Positions 36,720 to 47,015 of a stretch of DNA of 64,000 nucleotides are shown here, in pieces; positions within the stretch are counted from its first letter, which is position 1, and each line of letters starts with the position of its first letter. Both the position numbers and the translations under genes were made by a program. This DNA is from an uncultured Pseudomonadales bacterium (GTDB lineage: Bacteria; Patescibacteriota; Microgenomatia; UBA1400; PJMF01): contig CAZWKL010000006.1 of the NCBI GenBank assembly GCA_964633875.1, forward strand, positions 19,144-83,143, read 5' to 3'. Below the pieces are notes generated by a model. The model did no database searches. It worked only from the letters and a program-made list of their open reading frames with translations, and had not been told where the DNA came from.

Positions 36720-39700
36720 ATGGCTAATGCGGACGCACCTGCTCTACCCTTAACCAAACTCGAGAATGTAAAATACTTCAAGACCGACGTTTCTCCAGAG
36801 GATTTTAAGGAATTTCTCACCACCCTCCCTCAAGCCATTTCCGGCAGTGGCGAACTGCAAAAAGGGGTGAAGGTTTTTGTACCAGGCAACGAAAAATTTA
36901 ACAGCAGAAAACTTGAGGCCGCTGACGATTCTGATTTGGTTTCAGAAGAACACAGTGCTGAAGCGCTTTATTATTCCGATATCGTCCGGCTCATTTCCGA
37001 CTCGATGAGATGGCTCATGGAAAATGGCACTCATGAAGAAATTGGGAACTTAAGAGACCGGTTTGACCACCTAAACAGAAATCCCAACGCCATCTTAACC
37101 CAGTGGGGAGGGGTTAAGGCTGGTGGCGAAAGCGCTGTTTCCGAAATAGAAATTCAGAAATTTAGAGGTGACATTCCGGAGCTGATCAACTATGTTTTGT
37201 ATTTTGCCAAAAAAGAGTTTAGCGACCTGGCTACGGAGCCATCGGAAAAAGATGGGGCGGCAGCGGCTCCAGGGAAACCGGCTAAAGGCGATGATCAGGC
37301 TGTCGTTGGGGGAAAGCCAGAGGCAGACGGAGGGGCTGATCAAGCTGGCTCAGCAGAGCCGGATGAGCAACGCCCTCAACCTCCCAGTCCGGAACAAGAA
37401 GAAGCCCACAAGAAAAAAATCCTCTACGAAGCCACCTGGATCTACAACCAGGCGCTGCACGATTTTTTCATCACTCACGGCATTGATTACGACTATCTCG
37501 AAACTCACCCAGAGTTGCGCGATCTAATTCTCTCCGAAACTGTCAAAATCCTGGAAAGCCGCTCCGAGCGCGAGCTGATGATTCTTTTCGCCAACCCAGG
37601 CAGAAGGTTGGAAATACTCAGAGAGCTTTACATCAACCTGGCCCAATCGCCGCAACTTGCCGTTGGCTTGCAAAATTTTTACGACACCTACGCGCAAGCG
37701 CTACCCGAGGAGGCTCGCCAGGAATTTCTGGCTAGCTTGTCCCGCTCTGAAAACGTTCTTTCCCAGGCCATTCAAGGCAAAATGGTTTCCAACGATTACC
37801 AACTGCGCCAACAAGTCGCGGCAGTTTTGGGCACCGACAGCCCCACCTTGATTGGCGTGGGTTCATCGGAGTTCACCCAAATTATGGGCTCGATTCAGAT
37901 TAATATTGATGCGCTCCTAATCGGTCAGGGTGTTGATTTCCTGATAGTTAGCTCTGATGGAAACGTCGAAAAGACTAGCGAAAATCCCCACAACGCCATT
38001 TGGCTGATTCAAAAAATGAGCGATGACCATTTGCTGTTGATGCTCGGTGTTCCTCCCGATATCCGTCTTTCCGCGGAAGCAGTAGAGCGGTTGAGAAAAA
38101 TCGTCATCAATTACGCCAGAATGAGGGCGATTTATCTGGCTGAGCGCGCGGAAAATCTGGCGATTGCCGAGGGAATCAATCCGCTGAATGAGGCAGATGC
38201 TAATGCTATCGCCGCCAATGACACGGTCACTGCCAAGCGAGCACTACTAGCGCCTCATCAAGATACGGCTGGATTAATCAAGGCAGAAGAAGACTCGGGA
38301 AATGGCGGCGAAGTCGTTTATGGAGCTTTAACCCAAAATATTAAACAGCTTGAGGCCAAACGGCAAGCTCAATGGCACTCACTTTCCAAGGAAGAACAAG
38401 AGCTCATCCTGGTATTTTTGGGCAAAGAAATTGGGGCAGAGTATTACGAAGTCCCTTTTGAAATCGGGCTGTTTAGACTGCAAGCGCTGATAGCTGAAGC
38501 TGAAAAAACCGCGGTTTCACAGGCAGAACTGCTCAAATACCAGGCAACCTCACAAGCGATGATGAGTGAGGCTTTGTACGCCTTTGCCTACGAACAAGAA
38601 ATTGCTGCTAGGCAGGAGTTTCTGCGCCAGGAAATTTTAGGAGAGTACTTCGCCGCCGTTGATGAAGCAGAGCTGGCTGCCATGGCTGAAGAACTTGACT
38701 ACGAGAATGAGGCGCAACTCTATGAAGAAAGTCTGAGTAATGTTGTGCGCGCTCATGAAGGTGCGGGAGAGCGAGCTGAGGCAGGAGCAGCGGGCGGGCG
38801 TTTCGGCAGGTTGGGAAGAATCGGCGATCGTTTTAGAAACCGGTTTGCAAAAGAAGGCCGCTTTTCTCCAAAACAAAAGTTGCTTGGTGCTATTAAAAAA
38901 ACCGGAGCTAGAAAACTGGGCAGTGCGGCGGCTCAAAAACTAGGTGGTTTGATCGGTGGCCCAGTGGGCGCGGCGCTTGCCAAAGCGCTAACAGGAAAAA
39001 ACAGAAAGTGGGTGGGTGGCGCTCTGGCTGGAGCCGGGTTGTTGGCCTTAAAAGGCCTTGCCGCGATGTTGCAGGGCGGTAAAGCCTTGCTGATTGGCTT
39101 GGGAGCTGGCGGCGCTACTGGGGGAGCGCTGTTGTTGTTGGGTTTAACCGGGCCGGTTGGAGCGGTGATCCTTGGTGTTGGTGCGGGTTTAGCTGCCGCT
39201 GGCGGGTATAGTTTATTGAGCGGAGCTGGAACCGCAGAAGGAGCGGCCGGTCTTGGCGGCGGTGGCTTGATTGGAGGAGCGGGCGGAGTTCCGCCTGCCG
39301 CTTACACCGCTATGCCAGCAGAAGCTGTAAGTGGCGCGGAGGCCACAACTGGCGGCGCGGCGGCGGCCGCTATCACCACAACTACCGCTACAGCCGCCGG
39401 CGCCGCCAGTTGGACTACAGTCGCTAGCTTCCCCACTGCGGTCTTAATTCCCATTTTAAGCCTAGCGCTGACAGCAGTAGCCAGCCTCATCGTCATCCTC
39501 ATCATCCAAGGCTCCTTCCTCATCACCCTGCCGCCGTCTCTTAGTAGCAGAACTTACACCAGCAACTTGAGCGGTTTTGAGGGCTGTTGGCCCACCACCG
39601 GCAGAATAACTTCATATCGCACCTACATGATCGGTGGTGGTGGTAGCAACCATGCCACTGTGGGTGCTGGTAAGTACTTACATGGCTACGAGGGTCCGGG

Positions 39701-40940
39701 TATTGCCTTGGACATTGGCGCCGGAGGCAATTCTGAGGCTGAGGGCGGCTCTAATCCGCCGGTTTTCTCTCCTTTTTCGGGGACGGCCACTTTTTATCCT
39801 GAAGGGACCGGAGTGTATTGTGCCAGCTGCGCTCATAAATATCCCTACGGTAATTACGTGGTGGTAGACACGGGTGATTTTGCTCTGATTTTTGCTCATC
39901 TACTGCATTTTCCGGACCCAAACGTTCAATACCCCATTGTTGGCACCAATCAGATGACCTCTATCAGTTGGACGCAAAAAACGGAAAACGTTCAAATTAC
40001 GGCGGGCAATCTTCTAGGACTGATGAACAGCACCGGCAACTCCACCGGCAATCATCTTCACTATGAAGTAGTGGGTGGTGGTGTGGATATTATTGATCTG
40101 GTTCCGCTAACAGACGCAGAAAAAGCTGAGGCTAAAGCAGATGAATACACAATTTTTGGCATGCGAGTCAATTCACAAGAGTGTTCCCGTGCAAATGTTG
40201 ATGAAGAAGAAGGCATTTCTGGCTACATCGCTATTGGCCCTCAGAATCCCGACAACTTAGTGGTAACTCCTTCCAGCATGTTCCAAAGTCCGGTTCATCC
40301 TTGCACTTGGTTTGATCAAAATCAAAACTTGGCCGTGGCAATTAATGCCAATTATTACAATAGCTCGTCTGAGCCAATTGGCCCTGCCGGCAGTGATCCG
40401 GTTAGATATCTAGCCAATGCCAATGACAGATCTTCAGCCTACATGTCGGAGACAATGCGCTATCTTGGGGTGACTACCGGCGGCGCCTTGCAGTTTGGAC
40501 CAGTGCCTCCCGCTTGGTACAACAATCCCAACAAGCCTTTTAATATCGACAGCTTGACTAAAGCCATTACCGGAACACTTTCCACCCATCCCGATGATAA
40601 CCAATTTAGAAATCGGGTGGCCCTTGGTTTTGGGAGCGTTAATGGCCAGTGCACTGATTACAGCGGACCAGCCTTTATTGTTGGCGGCATGCGGGCCGCT
40701 TCTTATTCTGATTTAGCAAAAATGATGACCGCTTGTGGCGCTGAAGAGTTCATCTTCCTGGATGGCGGCGGCTCCGCTTCTTTCTGCTCTGAAAATCTCA
40801 ATATTACCGGCAGTAGAGTCATGCCGGTGAGCGTGGGCTTGATTCAAGCCGAAGTAGAAACCTACAGCTCGAACGAAGAAGAAGAGGGCGTAGGTATTCA
40901 ACCTCCTCCCGGCGGTTTCCCTGGGCCACAACCAATTTAG
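36720..40940 (+). CDS. large membrane protein with M23 metallopeptidase and phosphodiester glycosidase (NAGPA-like) domains
   Basis: Gly/Ala-rich hydrophobic segment; M23 WPTTGRIT..ALDIG..YGNYVVV..FAHL..GNSTGNHLHYEV; NAGPA AINANYY..RNRVALG..FLDGGGS. Confidence 0.75.
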   Translation: MANADAPALPLTKLENVKYFKTDVSPEDFKEFLTTLPQAISGSGELQKGVKVFVPGNEKFNSRKLEAADDSDLVSEEHSAEALYYSDIVRLISDSMRWLMENGTHEEIGNLRDRFDHLNRNPNAILTQWGGVKAGGESAVSEIEIQKFRGDIPELINYVLYFAKKEFSDLATEPSEKDGAAAAPGKPAKGDDQAVVGGKPEADGGADQAGSAEPDEQRPQPPSPEQEEAHKKKILYEATWIYNQALHDFFITHGIDYDYLETHPELRDLILSETVKILESRSERELMILFANPGRRLEILRELYINLAQSPQLAVGLQNFYDTYAQALPEEARQEFLASLSRSENVLSQAIQGKMVSNDYQLRQQVAAVLGTDSPTLIGVGSSEFTQIMGSIQINIDALLIGQGVDFLIVSSDGNVEKTSENPHNAIWLIQKMSDDHLLLMLGVPPDIRLSAEAVERLRKIVINYARMRAIYLAERAENLAIAEGINPLNEADANAIAANDTVTAKRALLAPHQDTAGLIKAEEDSGNGGEVVYGALTQNIKQLEAKRQAQWHSLSKEEQELILVFLGKEIGAEYYEVPFEIGLFRLQALIAEAEKTAVSQAELLKYQATSQAMMSEALYAFAYEQEIAARQEFLRQEILGEYFAAVDEAELAAMAEELDYENEAQLYEESLSNVVRAHEGAGERAEAGAAGGRFGRLGRIGDRFRNRFAKEGRFSPKQKLLGAIKKTGARKLGSAAAQKLGGLIGGPVGAALAKALTGKNRKWVGGALAGAGLLALKGLAAMLQGGKALLIGLGAGGATGGALLLLGLTGPVGAVILGVGAGLAAAGGYSLLSGAGTAEGAAGLGGGGLIGGAGGVPPAAYTAMPAEAVSGAEATTGGAAAAAITTTTATAAGAASWTTVASFPTAVLIPILSLALTAVASLIVILIIQGSFLITLPPSLSSRTYTSNLSGFEGCWPTTGRITSYRTYMIGGGGSNHATVGAGKYLHGYEGPGIALDIGAGGNSEAEGGSNPPVFSPFSGTATFYPEGTGVYCASCAHKYPYGNYVVVDTGDFALIFAHLLHFPDPNVQYPIVGTNQMTSISWTQKTENVQITAGNLLGLMNSTGNSTGNHLHYEVVGGGVDIIDLVPLTDAEKAEAKADEYTIFGMRVNSQECSRANVDEEEGISGYIAIGPQNPDNLVVTPSSMFQSPVHPCTWFDQNQNLAVAINANYYNSSSEPIGPAGSDPVRYLANANDRSSAYMSETMRYLGVTTGGALQFGPVPPAWYNNPNKPFNIDSLTKAITGTLSTHPDDNQFRNRVALGFGSVNGQCTDYSGPAFIVGGMRAASYSDLAKMMTACGAEEFIFLDGGGSASFCSENLNITGSRVMPVSVGLIQAEVETYSSNEEEEGVGIQPPPGGFPGPQPI

Positions 40941-41016
40941 AATTCTAGTATAATAAAAATAATAAAAGCAGAGGGGTGCTTAACGCCAACAATAATTAGC
41001 AGATAGTAAAATCAAA

Positions 41017-42141
41017 ATGGACTTCGAAAACCCAGAATACCAGCAAGGCTTCCCTGAGCCGCCGCCGCCAAAGCCGCCGGGTAAGTTCGAGAGGCGCGCC
41101 CAGGCTACGGCCACTTTCATCCGCCAGCACGCCTTCAAAATTTTTCTGGTTTTGCTGGCGGCGGCGCTGATAATTTCCGCCATCATTGCCGCTCTCACCC
41201 CCACCTTGCCAGAGGCAATCCCTACTCCGCTCAATCCCATCAGCTCAGGAGTAGCAGATTCGCCCACCGGTATGCGGGTGAGCTTTCAGAATCCCAACCC
41301 CAACCTCCCCGATAAGCTGCCCATTCATCAAGCCACCTCCAGAGTGCAAAGCTCAGAGCAAGTCATCGCCAATCTCTCCAGTCAAATGGATATTCCCAAA
41401 GACCCTTCGCCCTATTCCAACAATATTTGGACTAATTTTGCCACCAGCGAACAACTTCTACTCCATCCGCAAAGCGGCAAAATCACTTACCTGGCCGGAA
41501 CAGATGAGGAGGAGTTTTTGCCCGAAACAGAAGGCGCCAATAATTTAAATGAGCCCTTCAATGTTGACGAGGCCATCAGCATCGCGGAAGAATTTATTGG
41601 CAAATTGTCGAATTTTTCCGGTCTAACCGCTCAGCGCCACAGTGTTGCTTATCTAGGGGATGAGGGCGAGCTGGAAATCAGCGTTGGTGCTAAAGTTATT
41701 TCCATTCCCTTTGTCTTCAACCTCAGCAATTATCCTGTTTATTTTTCGGGAGAAAGAGAGGCTTACGTCACCATTCAAATCAATAAAAATTATCAAATCA
41801 ATAAGGCCGATTTTTATCCGCCGCCACCCAACACCCAGGTGGTTTCAGAAAAAATTATCATTTCTTTAGATGAAGCCAGCCAATTAATCGCGGCTGGCCA
41901 GGCCACTGTCATCGCGGCCGGCAGTAGCACGGGGGTTTTTGACGTCAAAACAATTAACAATCTGAGGATCACCGACACTCAACTTGAGTATCGTCTCAAC
42001 CCGGAAAATCAGCTTATTATTCCTTATTTCCGTTTTGAAGCAGAGGGAAGCGCAGCCAATCAAAGCGCCCAAACGCCGCCCACCAACCTCACCCTTATTC
42101 TCCCTGCGATTCCCACCCTCGAACCCACCACCCTCAACTAG
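41017..42141 (+). CDS. hypothetical bitopic membrane protein (T4SS-cluster associated)
   Basis: Pro-rich N-terminus, single TM, extracytoplasmic domain with EAISIAEEFI and ISLDEA PepSY/YycI-like segments. Confidence 0.65.
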   Translation: MDFENPEYQQGFPEPPPPKPPGKFERRAQATATFIRQHAFKIFLVLLAAALIISAIIAALTPTLPEAIPTPLNPISSGVADSPTGMRVSFQNPNPNLPDKLPIHQATSRVQSSEQVIANLSSQMDIPKDPSPYSNNIWTNFATSEQLLLHPQSGKITYLAGTDEEEFLPETEGANNLNEPFNVDEAISIAEEFIGKLSNFSGLTAQRHSVAYLGDEGELEISVGAKVISIPFVFNLSNYPVYFSGEREAYVTIQINKNYQINKADFYPPPPNTQVVSEKIIISLDEASQLIAAGQATVIAAGSSTGVFDVKTINNLRITDTQLEYRLNPENQLIIPYFRFEAEGSAANQSAQTPPTNLTLILPAIPTLEPTTLN

Positions 42142-42194
42142 CCCTACTCAAGAAGGGTAATTACCTGATATCATGATGGCACAAGAATCGGCTT

Positions 42195-43460
42195 ATGAGA
42201 GAACACCCAATCCCTCAGGATATTACCAACTACCGCTTTCATATTATCGGCAGCATGACGCTCAAACAATTTGCGGAGATTTTTTTGGGTGTAATTGCTG
42301 CGATTATAATTTACAGCACCAACCTGCCTGACGTTATTAAATGGCCGCTGATTGCTATTTCGGTGGGACTGGGCGCGGCGGCGGCTTTTGTGCCAATTGA
42401 AGAAAGGCCCCTTGATCACTGGATTATTACTTTTTTCAGAGTGCTTTACAAACCCACTCGCTTTTTTTGGAAACGCGAACCACACATTCCCGAGCCTTTT
42501 GCTTATGTTCCGCGCAGTGATCAGCAAAATCTCGAACCGGAACTTGATTTAACCCCAGCAAAACGAGCTCGAATTAAAGAATACATCACTTCCGTTAACA
42601 CTCCATCTGAATACCAAACCGACCTGACTGACTGGGAAACCAACAGAATGCAGCAAATTACGGAAATTTTTAGCACCGAGCTGGTCGCGACACCACCGGC
42701 CACAGTTAAAAAACAAATACCGCAAGTCAAACCAAACATCACCGTGAGAGTTCGCAGCCTTAGAAGCGGCTCCGTTTCAGCTGACGGCCAGACAAATCAA
42801 ACAAGCCAAGTAAGTCAAACAGGCCAAACCAATCAAGAAAATCAACCAGACAGCGCTGACAATCAAGCCGAAGAAATCACCATCTACGCCAACACCACTA
42901 TTCAACAAGCCCCGCCGTTGGAAGCGCCGCAACCAACCTCGCAACCAACCTCACCGCCGGAAACGCCACCGGCAGAACAAAAACCAGAGGGCACCAACTA
43001 TCCGGAAAGGGTTGGTAACATCCCCAGGGTTTCTCAGCCGCAAATTGAATCACCACCAGAGGCCGAGCCTCAAGAACAGGCCGTGGAAGAAGCGCGGCCA
43101 GCCTACGCCTATGTACAAAACCAGGCAATGGCGCCAAAAGAAGAAAGGCAAACCAGCGGCGCGGCCTTTAACCTCGATCTGCCCTTTCCCGATCCTCCCA
43201 CAGAGCCAAACAAAATTGTGGGCATGGTACAAACTCCCAACAACGAACTTATCACCAGTGCTATCGTAGAAATCCAGACGGAGTCCGGCCAAATTGTTCG
43301 GGCGGTTAAAACCAATGCCCTTGGTCAATTTTTCATCACCACTCCGCTTAACAATGGAACTTATGTGGTATCGGTAGAAAAAGACGGCTATACTTTTGTC
43401 CCGCAAAAAATTGTATTATCAGGCGAGCCGGTTGCTCCTCTGGAATTTAGGAGCACATAG
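42195..43460 (+). CDS. PrgI/VirB3-like protein with C-terminal carboxypeptidase-regulatory-like domain
   Basis: HPIPQDITNYRFHIIGSMTLKQF..AFVPIEERPLDHWI (PrgI); C-terminal VRAVKTNALGQF..GTYVVSVEKDGYTF. Confidence 0.8.
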   Translation: MREHPIPQDITNYRFHIIGSMTLKQFAEIFLGVIAAIIIYSTNLPDVIKWPLIAISVGLGAAAAFVPIEERPLDHWIITFFRVLYKPTRFFWKREPHIPEPFAYVPRSDQQNLEPELDLTPAKRARIKEYITSVNTPSEYQTDLTDWETNRMQQITEIFSTELVATPPATVKKQIPQVKPNITVRVRSLRSGSVSADGQTNQTSQVSQTGQTNQENQPDSADNQAEEITIYANTTIQQAPPLEAPQPTSQPTSPPETPPAEQKPEGTNYPERVGNIPRVSQPQIESPPEAEPQEQAVEEARPAYAYVQNQAMAPKEERQTSGAAFNLDLPFPDPPTEPNKIVGMVQTPNNELITSAIVEIQTESGQIVRAVKTNALGQFFITTPLNNGTYVVSVEKDGYTFVPQKIVLSGEPVAPLEFRST

Positions 43461-43499
43461 TATTCTTGAAGTCAGACTACAAACCAGATAAGATGAAAA

Positions 43500-44807
43500 G
43501 TGAGCATGGCTGATAACAACTCTCAATCAACTACACAAGAATTTCTAGACATTCATGATATTACCAACGATCTGGTAATTATGAAGGATGGCACCACCTC
43601 GTTGGTGCTCACCGTTGATGCCATGAACTTTGGGCTGCTGGCTGAAGAAGAGCAAGACAGCATTATTTATGCTTATGCTGGCTTGTTGAATTCGCTCAAC
43701 TACCCCATTCAAGTACTGGTGAAATCGCAAACCAAAGACGTCACTTCTTATCTCAGGCTTTTGGAAGAGCAGGAAATGCAAGCCAACACACCGGAAAATC
43801 GCCAGCGTATCCGTCGCTACCGCGAGTTTGTGGCCAACCTTATTCATGAGCGTAATGTTTTGGACAAAAAGTTTTATGTAGTTATTCCCGCTTCGCCGCT
43901 GGAACTGGGTTTGCTTACCGCCGATAGCGTTATTCCAGGCAGACAAACTTTTGATGTTACCAGCGTGGAAAGAAGTGTTTTGTTGGAAAAAGCTAAAAAC
44001 ATTCTGGAGCCAAAGCGCGATCATCTCATTTCTCAGTTTGCCAGAATTGGTTTGTTTTCCAGACAGCTCGCCACTCAAGAAATCATTCAGTACTTTTATA
44101 CCAGTTATAATCCTGAGGCTTCAGAAGGTCAGGAAATTGCCGACAGCAACAGTTATTCGACTCCACTAGTAAAAGCTAGCTTTGAAGGATTTGCTATGCA
44201 GCAAAGCGATTCAACCAACACTAATTTGCAACAGCCGGGAACACCAGAGGTGGCGCCTCAAATGCCGCCGACTTCGCAAGAGCCGATTTTACCGCAAGAG
44301 CCGGAGGTGGCGCCGGAGCCGCCACCAGAGCCAGTGGCCGAAGCTCCCGTGATTCCAACTGAGCCTGTTGCTCCTACTGAGCCAACCGCGCCGCCAGCGG
44401 AGCCTCAGCCCGCAATTGAAGCGCCGCCAATTCTAACTGGGCTGATGATGGAACCACCACCACCTGTTGAGTCGCCCGTCGTGCCGGCTGTTCCAACCGC
44501 TCCCACTCTGCCCACCGAGCCAGTTTTGCCAACCGCTCCCACTCTGCCCACCGAGCCGGTAGTTCCGCCCAACAGCAACCTGCTCGATCTGGGATCAGAC
44601 CAAGCAACGCCAGGCATTCCTGTGGAAAATAATGTTGAGTTACAAAAAGCCCCGTTAGATGCTGACGTGGCCGCGCCGGAACAAACTGCTCCTCCAGTCG
44701 CTCCTCAAACAGAACCGCAGCCATCCGAGGACCAGGCAAGCTCAGCAAGTTCAGAAAATGAAGAGGGCGGCGGCAACACCCCGCCGCCAATCGCGGAAAT
44801 TCAGTAG
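43500..44807 (+). CDS. TraC/VirB4 N-terminal-like protein with Pro-rich tail
   Basis: TQEFLDI..AMNFGLLAEEEQDSIIYAYAGLLNSLNYPIQV..KKFYVVIP; immediately upstream of the VirB4-like ATPase. Confidence 0.7.
   Translation: MSMADNNSQSTTQEFLDIHDITNDLVIMKDGTTSLVLTVDAMNFGLLAEEEQDSIIYAYAGLLNSLNYPIQVLVKSQTKDVTSYLRLLEEQEMQANTPENRQRIRRYREFVANLIHERNVLDKKFYVVIPASPLELGLLTADSVIPGRQTFDVTSVERSVLLEKAKNILEPKRDHLISQFARIGLFSRQLATQEIIQYFYTSYNPEASEGQEIADSNSYSTPLVKASFEGFAMQQSDSTNTNLQQPGTPEVAPQMPPTSQEPILPQEPEVAPEPPPEPVAEAPVIPTEPVAPTEPTAPPAEPQPAIEAPPILTGLMMEPPPPVESPVVPAVPTAPTLPTEPVLPTAPTLPTEPVVPPNSNLLDLGSDQATPGIPVENNVELQKAPLDADVAAPEQTAPPVAPQTEPQPSEDQASSASSENEEGGGNTPPPIAEIQ
44493..44557 (+). repeat. intragenic tandem repeat (36-bp period) encoding PTAPTLPTEPV
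   Basis: CCAACCGCTCCCACTCTGCCCACCGAGCC exact at 44493-44521 and 44529-44557. Confidence 0.85.
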
Positions 44808-44901
44808 ACCCCAAGTCCGGGTCTCAGGTTTGGGCAGAAGCAAACTTGGCTTTTAAGGCCGGTCTTTATCAGTCCGTGCAATTAAAGTACAATGTCAATT
44901 G

Positions 44902-46965
44902 ATGTCGAATTTGCTGTCCAACCTACCACTACCTTTCGGAAAGAAAAAGTCCGCCAACAACGCGGACGGGACTAGCGAAACCGATTACGAGCAACGCAAC
45001 CTAGAAAAGCTCAAAGAGTTCTCTCGCGGCCTGGTCACCATTCAAGATATTATTGCCCCCGAAGCAATTGAGGTGGATTTCACCTACCAAAAAATCAATT
45101 CCACCTACACTAGAACTTTGTTTGTGGCCGGCTATCCGCGTGCGGTTCCGGCCAACTGGCTCTCGCCGTTGATCAATTTCCCCTGGCAACTGGCGGTTTC
45201 CATGTTTATTTTTCCGGTTGATTCCGCCGAAATTCTCGACAACCTCAAGCGGAAAATCACAGAAATGGAAGCGGAAATTCAATCAGATCTTCGCTCGGGC
45301 AAAATCAGCAACATCAACACCGAGGTCAAGCTTGAAGACGCCCGCTTTATCCGTGAGGAATTGGCCAAAGGCAGTGAACGCTTTTACCAATTTGGCCTCT
45401 ATGTTACTCTTCAGGCTCAAAACAAAGACGATCTCGACAGAGTTACCAAAGCGGTGCAGTCTTCGCTGGGCTCGCTGTTGATCGTCTCAAAAAAAGCCAC
45501 CCTCCAGATGGATGAGGGCTTCAAAACCACCCTGCCTATGGGCACCGACAAGCTACTGGTCACACGTAACATGGACACCACCTCGCTGGCCACCACTTTT
45601 CCTTTCACTTCTTCTGAGCTAACCATGGAAACCGGCATCATGTACGGCATCAACGAGCATAACGATTCGCTGGTTATTTTTGACCGTTTCAAAATGGAAA
45701 ACGCCAACATGGTGATTTTTGCCAAGTCTGGTGCGGGTAAGTCTTACACGGTTAAACTGGAAATTCTCCGCCAGCTGATGTTTGGCGCCGAAGTGCTGGT
45801 GATGGACCCAGAGCATGAGTATGAAGAACTGACCAAGGCTGTGGGCGGCGAGTATATCAATTTCACCTTTGATTCAAACACCAAGATCAACCCCTTCGAC
45901 CTCTCCAACCTTTACGAAGAAGGAGAAAATGAACTGGGTCAGAAAATTATTTCGCTGCACGGACTGCTTAAAGTGATGTTGGGCAGCATGACGCCGCAGC
46001 AAGACGCCATGCTGGACCGGGCGCTGGTGGCTGCTTACAAAGCCAAAGGTATTACTCCTGATCCAGCCACCCAAACCAACGAGCCGCCGCTGATGGAAGA
46101 TGTTTACAAGGCTCTGATTGGCATGGAGGACAAGGACGCCGACGACATCGCCGTGCGCCTGGAAAAATTCATCACCGGCTCGTTTCGCGGCATCTTTGAC
46201 CAGCCGTCCAATCTCGACATTCGAAACCAACTAACAGTTTTTTCCGTCAAGGAAATGGAAGAAGATCTCCGCCCGATAGCCATGTATATTATTTTAGACT
46301 TCATCTGGACCAGAATTAAAAAAGATCTCAAAAGGCGCATTTTGGTGGTTGATGAGGCTTGGTATTTCATGAAGCATCAAGATTCTGCTTCTTTTCTGCA
46401 CTCAATGGTGAAGCGGGCCAGAAAATACTATCTTGGTATTACCACCATTACTCAGGATGTAGAAGACTTTTTACACAACGACTACGGCCGGGCCATCGTC
46501 ACTAACGCCTCTATTCAGTTTTTGATGAAGCAGTCTACCGCCTCCATTCCGATTTTGGCCGAAACCTTTTATCTCTCACAGGGTGAAAGGCAGCTATTGG
46601 TCACTTCAGACATTGGTGAGGGCATTTTCTTTTCCGGTCAAAACCACGTGGCCATGCGGGTTGTCGCCAGTCAAGAAGAACATGATTTAATCACCACCAA
46701 CCCCGAGGAAATTTTGAGGCGCCGGCAAGAGCAGCAGGCCCGGGCGGCTCAAGGGCTAAATGACAGCGGCAACCCGCCTCAAAACTCTCGGCCGGCACCT
46801 TTTCAGGCGGCTCAGGGCGGATTAATGGGAGGAAATCAGGAGCAATCGCCAGCTCAAAACGATCGGCCTGCACCCGAATCAGAGCCTTCCAGACAATCTC
46901 CGCGCCAGGCTGGCTCTCACACCATCGAAGATTACACCGCGCCAACAACTCGAAGTGAAGATTGA
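44902..46965 (+). CDS. virB4: VirB4-like type IV secretion ATPase
   Basis: NMVIFAKSGAGKS Walker A, MDPEHEY, INPFD, ILVVDEAW Walker B, KRARKYYLGITTITQDVEDF. Confidence 0.88.
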   Translation: MSNLLSNLPLPFGKKKSANNADGTSETDYEQRNLEKLKEFSRGLVTIQDIIAPEAIEVDFTYQKINSTYTRTLFVAGYPRAVPANWLSPLINFPWQLAVSMFIFPVDSAEILDNLKRKITEMEAEIQSDLRSGKISNINTEVKLEDARFIREELAKGSERFYQFGLYVTLQAQNKDDLDRVTKAVQSSLGSLLIVSKKATLQMDEGFKTTLPMGTDKLLVTRNMDTTSLATTFPFTSSELTMETGIMYGINEHNDSLVIFDRFKMENANMVIFAKSGAGKSYTVKLEILRQLMFGAEVLVMDPEHEYEELTKAVGGEYINFTFDSNTKINPFDLSNLYEEGENELGQKIISLHGLLKVMLGSMTPQQDAMLDRALVAAYKAKGITPDPATQTNEPPLMEDVYKALIGMEDKDADDIAVRLEKFITGSFRGIFDQPSNLDIRNQLTVFSVKEMEEDLRPIAMYIILDFIWTRIKKDLKRRILVVDEAWYFMKHQDSASFLHSMVKRARKYYLGITTITQDVEDFLHNDYGRAIVTNASIQFLMKQSTASIPILAETFYLSQGERQLLVTSDIGEGIFFSGQNHVAMRVVASQEEHDLITTNPEEILRRRQEQQARAAQGLNDSGNPPQNSRPAPFQAAQGGLMGGNQEQSPAQNDRPAPESEPSRQSPRQAGSHTIEDYTAPTTRSED

Positions 46966-46994
46966 TAAATCAAGCCTTTTCTCTACTTGCTTAA

Positions 46995-47015
46995 TGTGGA
47001 AAACTTTGTGTATAA
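46995..47015. promoter_or_regulatory. tandem DnaA boxes upstream of dnaA
   Basis: TGTGGAAAA (46995-47003) and TGTGTATAA (47007-47015) versus consensus TGTGGATAA. Confidence 0.7.

Noticed and set aside
42790-42846. QTNQTSQVSQTGQTNQENQ low-complexity 9-bp periodic stretch
   Set aside because: Degenerate linker repeat inside the PrgI-like gene, typical of disordered regions
17368-46965. Integrative conjugative element or prophage
   Set aside because: No integrase, relaxase, att repeat, tRNA target or phage structural gene seen; interleaved with housekeeping genes (uppS, IPK) and abutting dnaA
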